Numbered from the stretch's first letter, positions 16,101-23,129 are shown. The stretch is DNA of 23,716 bases from Myxococcota bacterium (GCA_040752415.1 JBFMGU010000168.1:1-23716); one strand, 5' to 3'. Numbers and translations are program-made. Notes: generated by a model from the letters alone, not told the origin.

Positions 16101-17593
16101 GTGCCGCCCTGGAAGCCGTGGTCCAGGCAGGTCTGGCCCTTGAGGTCCTGGCCGTCGCAATCCTCGTCGGCGTCCGCGGTGTTGTCGCCGCAGAAGCCCA
16201 CGCACCCGGTGGTGATGTAGCTGCCGCAATCCGAGGCGCATGCCAGCGTGCCGCCGTCAAACCCGAAGTCCACGCAGCTCAGGCCGGCCAGGTCGTTGCC
16301 GTCGCAAACCTCGGTGGCGGTGTTGACGCTGTTGTCGCCGCACTGCGCGGCCACGCAGCCGCTGGTGTTGAACCGACAATCCGTCCCGCACGCCAAGGTC
16401 CCGCTCGCGAAGCCCTGGTCGGGGCAGGTCTGGCCCTTGAGGTCCTGGCCGTCGCAATCCTCGTCGGCGTCCGCGGTGTTGTCGCCGCAGAAGCCCACGC
16501 ACCCGGTGGTGATGTAGCTGCCGCAATCGGAGGCGCATGCCAGCGTGCCGCCGTCAAATCCGAAGTCTGCACAGGTCGCGCCGACGAGATCGTTGCCGTC
16601 GCAAACCTCGGTGGCGGTGTTGACGCTGTTGTCACCGCACTGCGCGGCAACGCAGCCGCTGGTGTTGAAGCGGCAATCCGTCCCGCACGCCAGGGTCCCG
16701 CTCGCGAAGCCGAGGTCCGTGCAGGTCACGTTGCCCAGGTTGTTGCCGTCGCACTCCTCGGGCGCGGTGATGGACCCGTCGCCGCAGGACGGCCCTCCGG
16801 CGGAGGAAGAAGAAGAGGAAGAGCTGGAGGACGAGGAAGAGGAGGACGAGCTCGAAGACGAGGACGAGGAGCTTGCGGAAGACGAGCTTGCCACGGAGCC
16901 GGAAGAAGAGGTCGAGGAGGCGCTGGAGCTCGACGCGCCGCCCGTGGAGGAGGATGCGCTGGACGAGCTGGCCACGCCGGAGGAGGAAGCTGCGCTCGAG
17001 CTCGACGTTCCGCCGTTGGAGGAAGACGCGCTGGAGGAGCCCACCACGCCGGAAGAGGACGAAGCCGCGCTGGACGTGGTGCCAACCGAGGATGACGCGC
17101 CGGAGGAGGACGCCTCACCGGAGGACGAGCTGCCCGAGGACGTCCCCCCCGTCGAGGCCTGGCCCGACGAGGTGCCACCGCCGGAGCTGGTCAGGCCTGA
17201 GGACGTGCCAGTCGTCGAGACCTGACCCGAGGAGCTGCCCGACGACGCGGTGCCCGAGGACGTGCCGCCGGTCGAGGCCTGGCCGGAGGAGCTGCCGCTG
17301 GTGGAAGCCTGCCCCGAGGACGTGCCCGTCGACGCCTGGCCGGATGAAGACGACTCCCCCGAGCTGCCGCCCGACGAGGTTGCTCCCGACGACGTGCCCG
17401 AGGACGCCTGGCCGGAGGACGTGCCGGATGACGCTTCTCCCGACAGGTTCCCCGAGGAGGAACTGCTGGAGCTGACCCTGCCCGGCGTGCCGGCGTCCGG
17501 CTCCTCGGAGGTTCCGCTGGTGCCGTTGAAGCAGCCACTGCCGACGACAAAACACGCCAGGAGGCTCACGATTCGCAGCTTGGATCCCATCAT
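10124..17593 (-). CDS. Giant (about 2489 aa) surface lipoprotein: Ser-rich stalk, Cys-rich modules and 56 Asp-rich C-x18-C putative Ca2+-binding repeats
   Basis: Single uninterrupted ORF. Start ATG 17593 (or 17590): MMGSKLRIVSLLACFVVGSG^C lipobox-like, with purine-rich AGAGTGGGGA upstream. Domain order read directly from the translation. Confidence 0.9.
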   Translation of the reverse strand: MMGSKLRIVSLLACFVVGSGCFNGTSGTSEEPDAGTPGRVSSSSSSSGNLSGEASSGTSSGQASSGTSSGATSSGGSSGESSSSGQASTGTSSGQASTSGSSSGQASTGGTSSGTASSGSSSGQVSTTGTSSGLTSSGGGTSSGQASTGGTSSGSSSSGEASSSGASSSVGTTSSAASSSSGVVGSSSASSSNGGTSSSSAASSSGVASSSSASSSTGGASSSSASSTSSSGSVASSSSASSSSSSSSSSSSSSSSSSSSSSSSAGGPSCGDGSITAPEECDGNNLGNVTCTDLGFASGTLACGTDCRFNTSGCVAAQCGDNSVNTATEVCDGNDLVGATCADFGFDGGTLACASDCGSYITTGCVGFCGDNTADADEDCDGQDLKGQTCPDQGFASGTLACGTDCRFNTSGCVAAQCGDNSVNTATEVCDGNDLAGLSCVDFGFDGGTLACASDCGSYITTGCVGFCGDNTADADEDCDGQDLKGQTCLDHGFQGGTLTCGASCTLDLSACAYGEADCVDLADNDGDSLADCSDTTFCQGTAECMPGAGAVGTPCTAATECAANNNDPACITEAGFPRWVGGSCSEWCDLATNDCADDGVCVPIDQLSAGLCLDGCVTDADCRPGYVCGNMMPGRSVCLPGPSPLCRDGLDNDNDGWVDAEDPECDRGDPESGLGPTQCNNGADDDNDGTTDRGDVHCFNARWDDEAGTCFDGQDNDGDGWRDFDDPDCSVFNSPETGGYSQYACNNNVDDDNSGVQDRDDPNCYSGSDNDESNVCLDQQDNDSDGWVDFADPDCAAGNPEQGQGDLPCNNGQDDDNDTFTDALDPECASAFAPDEAGTCIDQQDNDGDGWVDSQDPDCSVMGRPELGGYSSFQCNNNVDDDNNGVLDRADPSCFSGSDDDESTVCSDGLDNDGDSWIDWADPDCNQGQPESGFNHVSQCSNGRDDDNDGATDAADQFCPDAYRNDEAGTCQDGQDNDTDGWVDNQDPDCVYFNRPESGFSILACNNNLDDDGNNLTDRADPNCTAGWDNDESNICADGQDNDNDTWVDADDPDCAFNQPEEGFNRISACSNGADDDNANGLDGQDPNCTSAFDQDESAVCVDGQDNDGDGWVDNSDPDCAFGQPESGLFFTACNNGFDDDADGRVDAADPACTDGFDGDEWATTCSNNMDDDNDGWVDWADPECNLYQLDEVLGYDPALQCNNGRDDDGNGRYDAYDPNCFAGWDNDESATCFNNIDDDLDGWVDGADADCYLGRAEQGYDAAYECNNGADDDADSQADVNDPQCSAGWDPDEADTCFDNQDNDNDTWVDYADPDCASTGRERGGVNNLGRCSNGADDDNDGQTDGQDQGCANGPSGNDETGSCTDGADNDLDTWEDAEDPDCWSGGPENVPFNNVARCSNGADDDGDNRMDGFDPQCPNAAYDDEANSCADGQDNDGDTWVDGADVDCLYGLPERGGFNNVSQCTNGADDDNDGQIDALDSACPSAFANDEQGTCVDGQDNDGDGWVDNSDPDCGLFSRPEIFGADPQFTCNNGYDDDADLEVDSRDPGCAVGWDYDEATPSCYDNWDNDQDGWTDGMDADCYAGRDEFFAPDPNFQCSNGVDDDGDNAADAYDPDCFAGYDNDEGVSCYDSVDNDADGWVDYNDPDCAVFGRPEQFGFSQFLCNNFADDDNDNRVDQADPDCGVGWDNDESNTCADNLDNDLDTWEDMADPDCQAGYAEAVRFNNVSACSNGADDDGDNRIDNFDPQCTSAYDDDESDSCADGLDNDNDTWTDANDPDCWMGRPENGGFNNIGLCSNGVDDDGNGDLDAADPDCPYPYSNDESGTCRDGVDNDGDGWVDQRDPDCSIYNLPEQQPYSGFVCNNGYDDDADGVADAQDWQCDGGADGDEGAPSCYDASDNDGDGWTNFDDPDCWSGREEYFGYDPAYRCNNGQDDDNDGATDRADPQCWGAWVNDESTTCQDGLDNDGDSWVDYMDPACANGPEQGGYDRVSRCTNGLDDNNDGVADGDDPDCVALGPNSGDEEGTCSDVQDNDNDTWVDGADADCNYGGPGESGINGLAMCSNGVDDDNDGNTDGEDPNCLSPWDFDEGVACEDGLDNDNDGWIDQRDADCLFGRPEQGTDANLPCNDGLDNDGDGSVDQADLGCGHSMDPAETLDYCNDGFDNDYDGWTDGDDLACAIGRDEYDGYFPARACNDGIDNDGDFRVDQQDPECRRAWDPSELDGCANNLDDDNDGWMDNDDPDCFYTGEEVGFGNTECNDGADNDNDNLRDRDDPQCFGAWMNDEEGTCTDGQDNDLDTWEDGSDADCQETGKELGGPDQLGLCSNRVDDDNDGQLDAFDSDCPYQSANDEGGLCSDGQDNDGDTWMDGQDPDCWSGNPEQGFNNLAVCSNGVDDDGDGVLDGQDPDCRNDPMRPEEFDSCQDGYDNDRDGWIDFRDPDCAWWGGPEMYPYWAGTACNNNADDDNDGRVDAFDPQCLDGMDGDEAF
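10127..15655 (-). repeat. Intragenic array of 56 tandem 31-36 aa units (28 A/B pairs), consensus C-x-[DN]-x-x-D-[ND]-D-x-D-x-x-x-D-x-x-D-P-x-C
   Basis: Counted by hand from CRDGLDNDNDGWVDAEDPEC (first) to CNNNADDDNDGRVDAFDPQC (last). The Cys spacing is x18 in the units read. Confidence 0.92.
16045..16786 (-). repeat. Five tandem about 49-50 aa 6-Cys modules (CGD..x..E.CDG.DL.G.TC.D.GF..GTL.C...C......C), including a near-identical 297-bp tandem duplication
   Basis: Modules begin CGDGSIT, CGDNSVN, CGDNTAD, CGDNSVN, CGDNTAD. DNA 16126-16414 is repeated at 16423-16711 (offset 297). Confidence 0.9.
16796..17480 (-). repeat. Low-complexity Ser/Gly/Thr/Ala stalk (SSGQAS[ST] repeats and a 24-Ser run)
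   Basis: About 230 codons of almost only S, G, T and A. 24 consecutive Ser codons at 16802-16873. Confidence 0.9.
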
Positions 17594-17763
17594 GGATTCG
17601 TCCCCACTCTCTGCGCCCGAGACAAGCCAGGTGGACGCGCGGTCTCGCAATCGACCAAGAGTGGGCTCCAGCTGTCAATGAGATAGACAACGTGCGCGCC
17701 GTCACACGACACCGCGCGCGCCCGAGGAGAAGTGTGGTTGTGTGGGGGCCGCGGCCCGCAATT

Positions 17764-19059
17764 TCAGCGCGGCCACTCCGTCCCGCGCAGACTGATGATC
17801 TCCGAGCGCGGGCCCTTTTCCGCCACGATGACGACGTCAACTCCGGGCTTCCCGTCCAGTTCCGCCACGGCCAGGTCCTTGCCCGCCTCGCCCACCGTCA
17901 ATCCCTTCCACTGGCTGCCCACGCGCTTGAACACGCGAGCATACGCACTGCCCTGCGTCACGATTTCCGGCGTGCCATCTCCATCCACGTCTGCGGCCAG
18001 CACCTTGAAGAGCGTGAACTGCCCCGGCGTGTCCTCGATCACTTCACGGGTGAACGCTCCCTTGTCCCAGCGCGCCCACGACAACTGCCCGCGCGCCACG
18101 CGCCCGTAATCCATGTGCCACCCGTCGGCGTAGAAGATCTCCGGGAGGCGGTCTCCGTCGGAGTCGGCCACGGTCAGCGCGCGCACGCCGCGCAGACTGG
18201 GGATGGGGACGCGCGTGCCGTCAGGACGCAGCAGGAAGATGTCTCCGTCCGCGGTACGGTCGTCGCCATAGGGACGCCCCACCACCACGTCTGGCTTGCC
18301 ATCCCCGTCCACGTCGCCGCGTGCGTAGGCGGAGGCCATTCGGATGCGGGCAATCTCCTGGATCTTCCACCCTTCCACGGTCCGTGCCGCGTAGACGCTC
18401 CGCGTGTCATACTTGTCGACGTAGTGGGTGATGAGCAGGGTCGGTGGCGATCCGCCCACGTGGAGCAACGTGGTGATCTCCGCGCGCGTGGTGGGCGGCG
18501 TCAGCACGGTCTCCTCGACGAGATGTCCGCGTTCCAGGCGGTAGACGCTGACGCGTGCGGCCGCGTCACGGTGCGCCAGGTCCATGCCCCAACCCACCAG
18601 GATGCAGCCGCGCCGGTTTCCGTCCAGGTCCACCACGGACAGCAGCTGCGCCCCGCCCGGCGTGGGCACGCTGGCCTTCTCCCGTCCCGCGGTGTCGAGG
18701 ACGCGCAGCTGCGCAGCGGTGGCCACCACCAGCTCGCTCTTCCCGTCGCCATCCAGGTCTCCGCCCGCCACTTTCACGGCGTCACCCAGGAACGCGCTCA
18801 CGTCACGACGCTGGCCCGGTAGCGGGTCGGGTAGCGGCGGGACGGGGCTCCTGCGCGGCGTGTCGACGGAAGGCGCCGCGGCGTGGGGAGGGCGCGGAGG
18901 CGGAGCAGGCGTGTAGTTCAGCGGTGCGGCCGAGGCCGCGGGCGGGCTGCGCTGTTCCAACACCGGAGCCGCCGGAGCGGGGGCGCTGGCCGGACGCGTT
19001 TCACAAGCAAGCGGCAACCACAGCGCGAGCAGCGCGACCCTGGGGGAAAGCGTTGACAT
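17764..19059 (-). CDS. FG-GAP/VCBS-repeat (integrin-alpha-like beta-propeller) lipoprotein with Pro-rich linker
   Basis: Start ATG 19059, MSTLSPRVALLALWLPLA^C, with GAGGA upstream. Pro-rich linker, then repeats GDLDGDGKSELVV, VDLDGNRRGCILV, GDVDGDGKPDVVV, ADSDGDRLPEIFY, ADVDGDGTPEIVT, AELDGKPGVDVVI. Confidence 0.85.
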   Translation of the reverse strand: MSTLSPRVALLALWLPLACETRPASAPAPAAPVLEQRSPPAASAAPLNYTPAPPPRPPHAAAPSVDTPRRSPVPPLPDPLPGQRRDVSAFLGDAVKVAGGDLDGDGKSELVVATAAQLRVLDTAGREKASVPTPGGAQLLSVVDLDGNRRGCILVGWGMDLAHRDAAARVSVYRLERGHLVEETVLTPPTTRAEITTLLHVGGSPPTLLITHYVDKYDTRSVYAARTVEGWKIQEIARIRMASAYARGDVDGDGKPDVVVGRPYGDDRTADGDIFLLRPDGTRVPIPSLRGVRALTVADSDGDRLPEIFYADGWHMDYGRVARGQLSWARWDKGAFTREVIEDTPGQFTLFKVLAADVDGDGTPEIVTQGSAYARVFKRVGSQWKGLTVGEAGKDLAVAELDGKPGVDVVIVAEKGPRSEIISLRGTEWPR

Positions 19060-19084
19060 GGATGCAGGTCCTCGTCGCGGCGGC

Positions 19085-19114
19085 ACGCTATCCGCGCAGC
19101 GGCGCGCGTGTCAC
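19085..19114 (-). promoter_or_regulatory. Candidate sigma70-type promoter of the FG-GAP gene
   Basis: Minus strand GTGACA-N18-TAGCGT, 25 nt upstream of the ATG. Same -10 hexamer as the dapF candidate promoter. Confidence 0.35.
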
Positions 19115-19144
19115 GGCCATCCGCGCGTCAACGTCGTCCGCCGC

Positions 19145-19966
19145 TCAGATCGACGCCGTGAACACCTTGCGCGCGGGACCGGTGAGCAGTGCCTCTCCGT
19201 CGGCGGCGCGGGCAATCCGCAGCGTGCCGCCCGGCACCTTCACCCGCACGCCCTCCCCGTCCAGCTTGACCCAGCCCCAGCGCTCCGCCGCGAACGCGCT
19301 GGCCACCGCACCGGTGCCGCACGCCATGGTGATGCCCACGCCGCGCTCGTAGACCAGCACGCGCAGCCCATCACCCTCGCGCACCACCCACTCGACGTTG
19401 CACCCGTGCGGAAACCCCGCGCTCCCCACCATCTCCGCGCCCACGCGCTCCGCCTGCGCCACGTCGGGCGCCACGTCCATGACAAGGTGCGGATTGCCCA
19501 CGCTGACACTCAGCGCGCGAACCTCGCGCCCCTCCAGCATGGTCCTCTCCAACGCGGGCAGACCCGCATCCGCACCAAAGCGCACGCGACCCATGCCCAG
19601 CGAGATCTGCCGTTCTCCGTCGCGGGGAGGCTGCACGTGGCAGCGGCGCGGACCCGCGTCGGTCTCCACCACGAACGTGCCCGGCCCGGTCTTTCCGTCG
19701 TGGTCCTCCAGGAATGCGGCCACGCAGCGGAGTCCGTTGCCACACATCTCCGGCACGGACCCGTCGGCGTTGGTGATGTGCATGCGCGCCCGCGCGTCCG
19801 ACGTGGCGGCGGGAAGCACGGTGAGGATCCCGTCGGCGCCCACGCCGAAATGGCGGTCGCAGAGGGAGCGGGCCTCGTCGGCGGATGGGGTGCGGCCCCG
19901 GGTGCGCTCGTCGAGGATGATGAAGTCGTTGCCGGTGCCCTGGTACTTCCACAGCGTGCGTTGCAT
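19145..19966 (-). CDS. dapF: Diaminopimelate epimerase
   Basis: KYQGTGNDF, LCDRHFGVGADG, NADGSVPEMCGNG, VGNPH, ERGVGITMACGTG (both catalytic Cys present). True start is ATG 19966 (273 aa), not 20629. Confidence 0.96.
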   Translation of the reverse strand: MQRTLWKYQGTGNDFIILDERTRGRTPSADEARSLCDRHFGVGADGILTVLPAATSDARARMHITNADGSVPEMCGNGLRCVAAFLEDHDGKTGPGTFVVETDAGPRRCHVQPPRDGERQISLGMGRVRFGADAGLPALERTMLEGREVRALSVSVGNPHLVMDVAPDVAQAERVGAEMVGSAGFPHGCNVEWVVREGDGLRVLVYERGVGITMACGTGAVASAFAAERWGWVKLDGEGVRVKVPGGTLRIARAADGEALLTGPARKVFTASI

Positions 19967-19973
19967 GGGGAAG

Positions 19974-20002
19974 ACGCTACGGATGGGCGCACCTCGGGGC
20001 AA
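19974..20002 (-). promoter_or_regulatory. Candidate sigma70-type promoter giving a leaderless dapF mRNA
   Basis: Minus strand TTGCCC-N17-TAGCGT-N7-ATG. No SD (CTTCCCC precedes the ATG). Confidence 0.5.
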
Positions 20003-20034
20003 CCCCCTTGACGCCACGGGGGTGGTCATCAAGG

Positions 20035-20775
20035 ATGCGCGCCGTGTCCACCCGCGCCCTCCTGTTGACGCTGACGACGACGCTGCTGGCCCTCTCCTGC
20101 ACCTCGTCCCTGCCCCTTCCCGCCGTGCCCACCCTCTCGGAGCGCGCGCGCGAGCAGGTGGATGAGTCCTACCGTCGTCGGGACTACGCGCTCCGCCAGA
20201 GCATGTACTTCGGGCCGTTCTTTGATGACCCCAACCTGGTCCTCGTGGCGCCCAAGCCCTTCGACGAGCTCGCGCTGCTGACCCTTCCCGGTGGCCGCAA
20301 CATCGCGCCGGGCCCGGTGCGCGGCATCCTCCCCGCCGGGACGCGCATCCGCATCGAGCGCATTGAGTTGCCCACCACCGGCACCGTGCTTGGCCGGCCG
20401 CTGCTCGCCCCGCGCTACAACCCGTGGATCGTCTTCCGCGTGAACCGTTTTGACGTCGACAATCCCCACTTCCAGGACATCCGCCACGTCGTGGTCCTGC
20501 CCTTCCACGTGACGGACCCGGAGCAGCTCGAGCGTGCGGTGGATGTGCTCTTTGCGCCGGAGGATTACCGGGATTGGCTGCGCCAGCGTTCGCCGCAGGT
20601 CCGCAGCGCCATCGAGCAGAAGCAGGCAATGAAGGGCATGACGCTGGCCGAGCTCACCGCCGCCCTGGGAATGCCTGACCGCACCACGCGTGAGCCGGAG
20701 TCCCCGCGTTCCACGGCGTATTTCGGTCGCCGCGCGGTCACGCTGGAGAACGACGTGGTGGTGGGCGTGGAATAA
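20035..20775 (+). CDS. Hypothetical lipoprotein with C-terminal SmpA/BamE-like motif
   Basis: MRAVSTRALLLTLTTTLLALS^C lipobox. C-terminal AIEQKQAMKGMTLAELTAALGMPD resembles the GMTxxEVxxxLGxP pattern. Start uncertain (20008 TTG or 20035 ATG). Confidence 0.72.
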   Translation: MRAVSTRALLLTLTTTLLALSCTSSLPLPAVPTLSERAREQVDESYRRRDYALRQSMYFGPFFDDPNLVLVAPKPFDELALLTLPGGRNIAPGPVRGILPAGTRIRIERIELPTTGTVLGRPLLAPRYNPWIVFRVNRFDVDNPHFQDIRHVVVLPFHVTDPEQLERAVDVLFAPEDYRDWLRQRSPQVRSAIEQKQAMKGMTLAELTAALGMPDRTTREPESPRSTAYFGRRAVTLENDVVVGVE

Positions 20776-20781
20776 CCGCGC

Positions 20782-23025
20782 ATGCAACGCCTGACGCGCC
20801 TGCTGCAACACGAGGCCGCGCTGCGTGCGCTCCTCGTCGTGCTGGCGGTGCTTCCCACGGCGTACCTGTACCGGGACTGGTTTGACGCGTGGAGCCTGCC
20901 GGAGCGCGGGACGCCGGAGCGCGGCGGTGTCGTCGGGGATCTGACGCCGCAGTTCGCGGTGTGGCATCGCGTGGCGCAGGAGTCGTTGTGGGATGAGGAC
21001 ACGTTCCCGCTGTGGAACCGCTACGTCTTCGCCGGGGAGCCGTTCTTCGCCAAGCCGCAGGTGGCGGTGATCGCGACGGGAACGCTGTTTGGCGCGCTGT
21101 TCCGGTTTCCCCTCTCGCTCAAGCTGGACATCCTCTTCCACGTCGTGATGCTCGCATTGGGCATGGTGGTCCTGGCGCGGAGGATGGGGGCTTCCGCCGT
21201 CGTGGCGGGTGCCGTGGCGGCGGTGGCGGTGCTGGGGAAGGTGCACACGTTCCATCTCAACGTCGGGCACCTCAACTTCCTCTACGGGCTCACCTGGACG
21301 CCGTGGCTGTGGTGGGCCACCTGGAGAGCGCTCGACTCCGACGAGAACGAGCCCACCCGCTACGCCGCGTGGGGTGGCATTTTCGTGGCGCTGCAGGTTC
21401 TGGACGGCGCGGATGTGACGCTGACCTGGGGCTATCCCGCCGTGGCGTTCCTGTTCCTGGGTGCGCTGGTGCAGCGGCCCTGCGTCGTCATGCTGCGGCG
21501 TGCATTCGTGGTCGCGGCGGTTGTTCTCGTCGTGGCGCTGACGTTGTCGGCGGTGCGGCTGATTCCCATGCTGGAGTACCTGTCCATCGGCAACCGTCGG
21601 GAAGGCGTGCCGTGGGCGCAGGCCTCCGCGGTCTCCGAGGCGGTGGGTCGCTGGGTGCTGGTTCCGTTCGCGTGTGTGCTCGCGCTGACCGCGTTGTCGT
21701 CGTGGCGCAAGCAGCGCGGTGCGGCCCTGGCGCTGACCTTGATGGTCACGTTCGCCTGGCTCTCGTCGGAGAACACGGCGTTCTACCGTGTGCTCTATGA
21801 CCTCCTGCCGCTCTTCCGTGACCAGCGCATTCCCCAGCGCGCCATGTGGCTCGTGGGGATGGCGGTGCCCCTGCTGATGGCGCTCGGCAATGCGGGCCTG
21901 CGCTCCCTGCTTCCCCGCTTCCGGCTGCCAGTCGACGTCGTCATCGGCGCGGCGGCGCTGGTGGCCGTGGTGCTGCAGGTCCAGGCGGCTCCCGCGCGCC
22001 CCAGCATGCTCGACGTGCGCAAGGAACTGGACGCCAACGTGTTCATGCAACGCGCGGCCTGGCACGCCGGTGACGACCGTCTCAACCTCTTCGAGAACGA
22101 GGGGCGCCACTGGGGTGCCGAGCACGTGACGGTCCCGCGCAACCTCGAGGTCACCGTCGGGTACGAGCCGGCGTGGATCCCGGAGTACCTGAGCCCGCAG
22201 TTCTACCTCCCGCAACAGCTCGCCTTCCTTGACGCCGCGGCTCGACGTCCGGCCCGCACGTGGGGCCTGGTGTCGACGTCGGTGGTGGGCAGCATGACCC
22301 CGCGCAACGTCCCCGGCTTCCAGCCGCTCGAGGTGACGCCCCGCTGTCCCAACACGCTGTGCATGCCCGCCAAGAGCGCCGGTCCCTACCTCTACCGCAA
22401 CACGGAGGCCCTCCCGCGCGTGTTCTCGACGGCGCGCGCCGCGTTGTTCATCGGCACCGGCCGGGATGCGGACGTGGCGTACCAGGCGTTGATGCTGGAT
22501 GACGCGTGGGATCCCCGTCGGGTGGCCCTGCTGCGCGCCGGCCTCCGTGGAAACCGCATCCACGAGGAGATCCTCCGCGCCGCCGACGTGGTGATCGTCC
22601 CGCCCTTGGCGGAGAAGCCGACCGCGACCGCACGCGTGGTGACCGCGGGGACGCCCGAGGCGCTGGACGCGCTGCGGGAGTTGTCGTCGGAAGGAAGCCC
22701 GTTGAAGCCGGCGATGTGGCGACGGGACGGGATGGAATACCAGGCCTGTCCCGGTGGCGGACGTTTCCTGGTGTTCTCCACCAAGCACGCCATGGTGCCG
22801 GGCTGGGTGGCCACGGATTCCGCGGGAACGGACTGGCCCGTGACGCTTGCCAACGGGGCGGCCACCGCCGTGTTGACCTCGGTAGACAACCGCCGCGCCG
22901 ACGGGTGCGTCACCCTGCGCTACCGCCCGCGCTCAGTCCTGCACGGCGCGCTCATCAGCCTCACCGCGCTTCCCATGGTCATGGCCCGCCTGTTGGCGCG
23001 TCGGCGTGAAGCACCGCGGACCTGA
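20782..23025 (+). CDS. YfhO-like multi-pass membrane protein (probable GT-C glycosyltransferase)
   Basis: First TM followed by GD and PLWNRYVFAGEPFFAKPQ, about 10 or more hydrophobic segments, and C-terminal PGWVA...ANG...AV...VTLRYRPRS..HGALISL plus a final TM. This is the pattern of YfhO-family proteins. Confidence 0.75.
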   Translation: MQRLTRLLQHEAALRALLVVLAVLPTAYLYRDWFDAWSLPERGTPERGGVVGDLTPQFAVWHRVAQESLWDEDTFPLWNRYVFAGEPFFAKPQVAVIATGTLFGALFRFPLSLKLDILFHVVMLALGMVVLARRMGASAVVAGAVAAVAVLGKVHTFHLNVGHLNFLYGLTWTPWLWWATWRALDSDENEPTRYAAWGGIFVALQVLDGADVTLTWGYPAVAFLFLGALVQRPCVVMLRRAFVVAAVVLVVALTLSAVRLIPMLEYLSIGNRREGVPWAQASAVSEAVGRWVLVPFACVLALTALSSWRKQRGAALALTLMVTFAWLSSENTAFYRVLYDLLPLFRDQRIPQRAMWLVGMAVPLLMALGNAGLRSLLPRFRLPVDVVIGAAALVAVVLQVQAAPARPSMLDVRKELDANVFMQRAAWHAGDDRLNLFENEGRHWGAEHVTVPRNLEVTVGYEPAWIPEYLSPQFYLPQQLAFLDAAARRPARTWGLVSTSVVGSMTPRNVPGFQPLEVTPRCPNTLCMPAKSAGPYLYRNTEALPRVFSTARAALFIGTGRDADVAYQALMLDDAWDPRRVALLRAGLRGNRIHEEILRAADVVIVPPLAEKPTATARVVTAGTPEALDALRELSSEGSPLKPAMWRRDGMEYQACPGGGRFLVFSTKHAMVPGWVATDSAGTDWPVTLANGAATAVLTSVDNRRADGCVTLRYRPRSVLHGALISLTALPMVMARLLARRREAPRT

Positions 23026-23041
23026 CGACGCGGAGACGGGG

Positions 23042-23071
23042 TTGACGCGTCGGGGCCCCCGTTTCCATGAT
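23042..23071 (+). promoter_or_regulatory. Candidate sigma70-type promoter overlapping a hairpin
   Basis: TTGACG-N18-CATGAT, overlapping inverted repeat GGAGACGGGG (23032-23041) / CCCCGTTTCC (23057-23066), which could also end the upstream transcript. Confidence 0.35.
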
Positions 23072-23129
23072 GCCGACCCGCTTGTTGTCGTCGGGATACC
23101 TGCCACGGATCTTGATTCCTGGAGCAACA

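Noticed and set aside
12020..17095. 1691-aa plus-strand ORF antisense to the giant gene
   Set aside because: Val/Ala-rich mirror of the Asp/Asn codons (GAC becomes GTC). It is a shadow frame from GC codon bias, with no SD or domain motif.
16545..17225. Poly-Glu/Asp ORF on the plus strand
   Set aside because: It is the reverse complement of the poly-Ser stalk.
19967..20629. N-terminal extension of DapF in the ORF track (494 aa)
   Set aside because: It overlaps the divergent lipoprotein gene. DapF homology begins at MQRTLWKYQGTGNDF (19966).
20029..22788. 919-aa minus-strand ORF and other long Arg/His-rich antisense ORFs (e.g. 766-1911, 8122-9531)
   Set aside because: They fully overlap well-supported genes on the other strand and have typical high-GC shadow composition.
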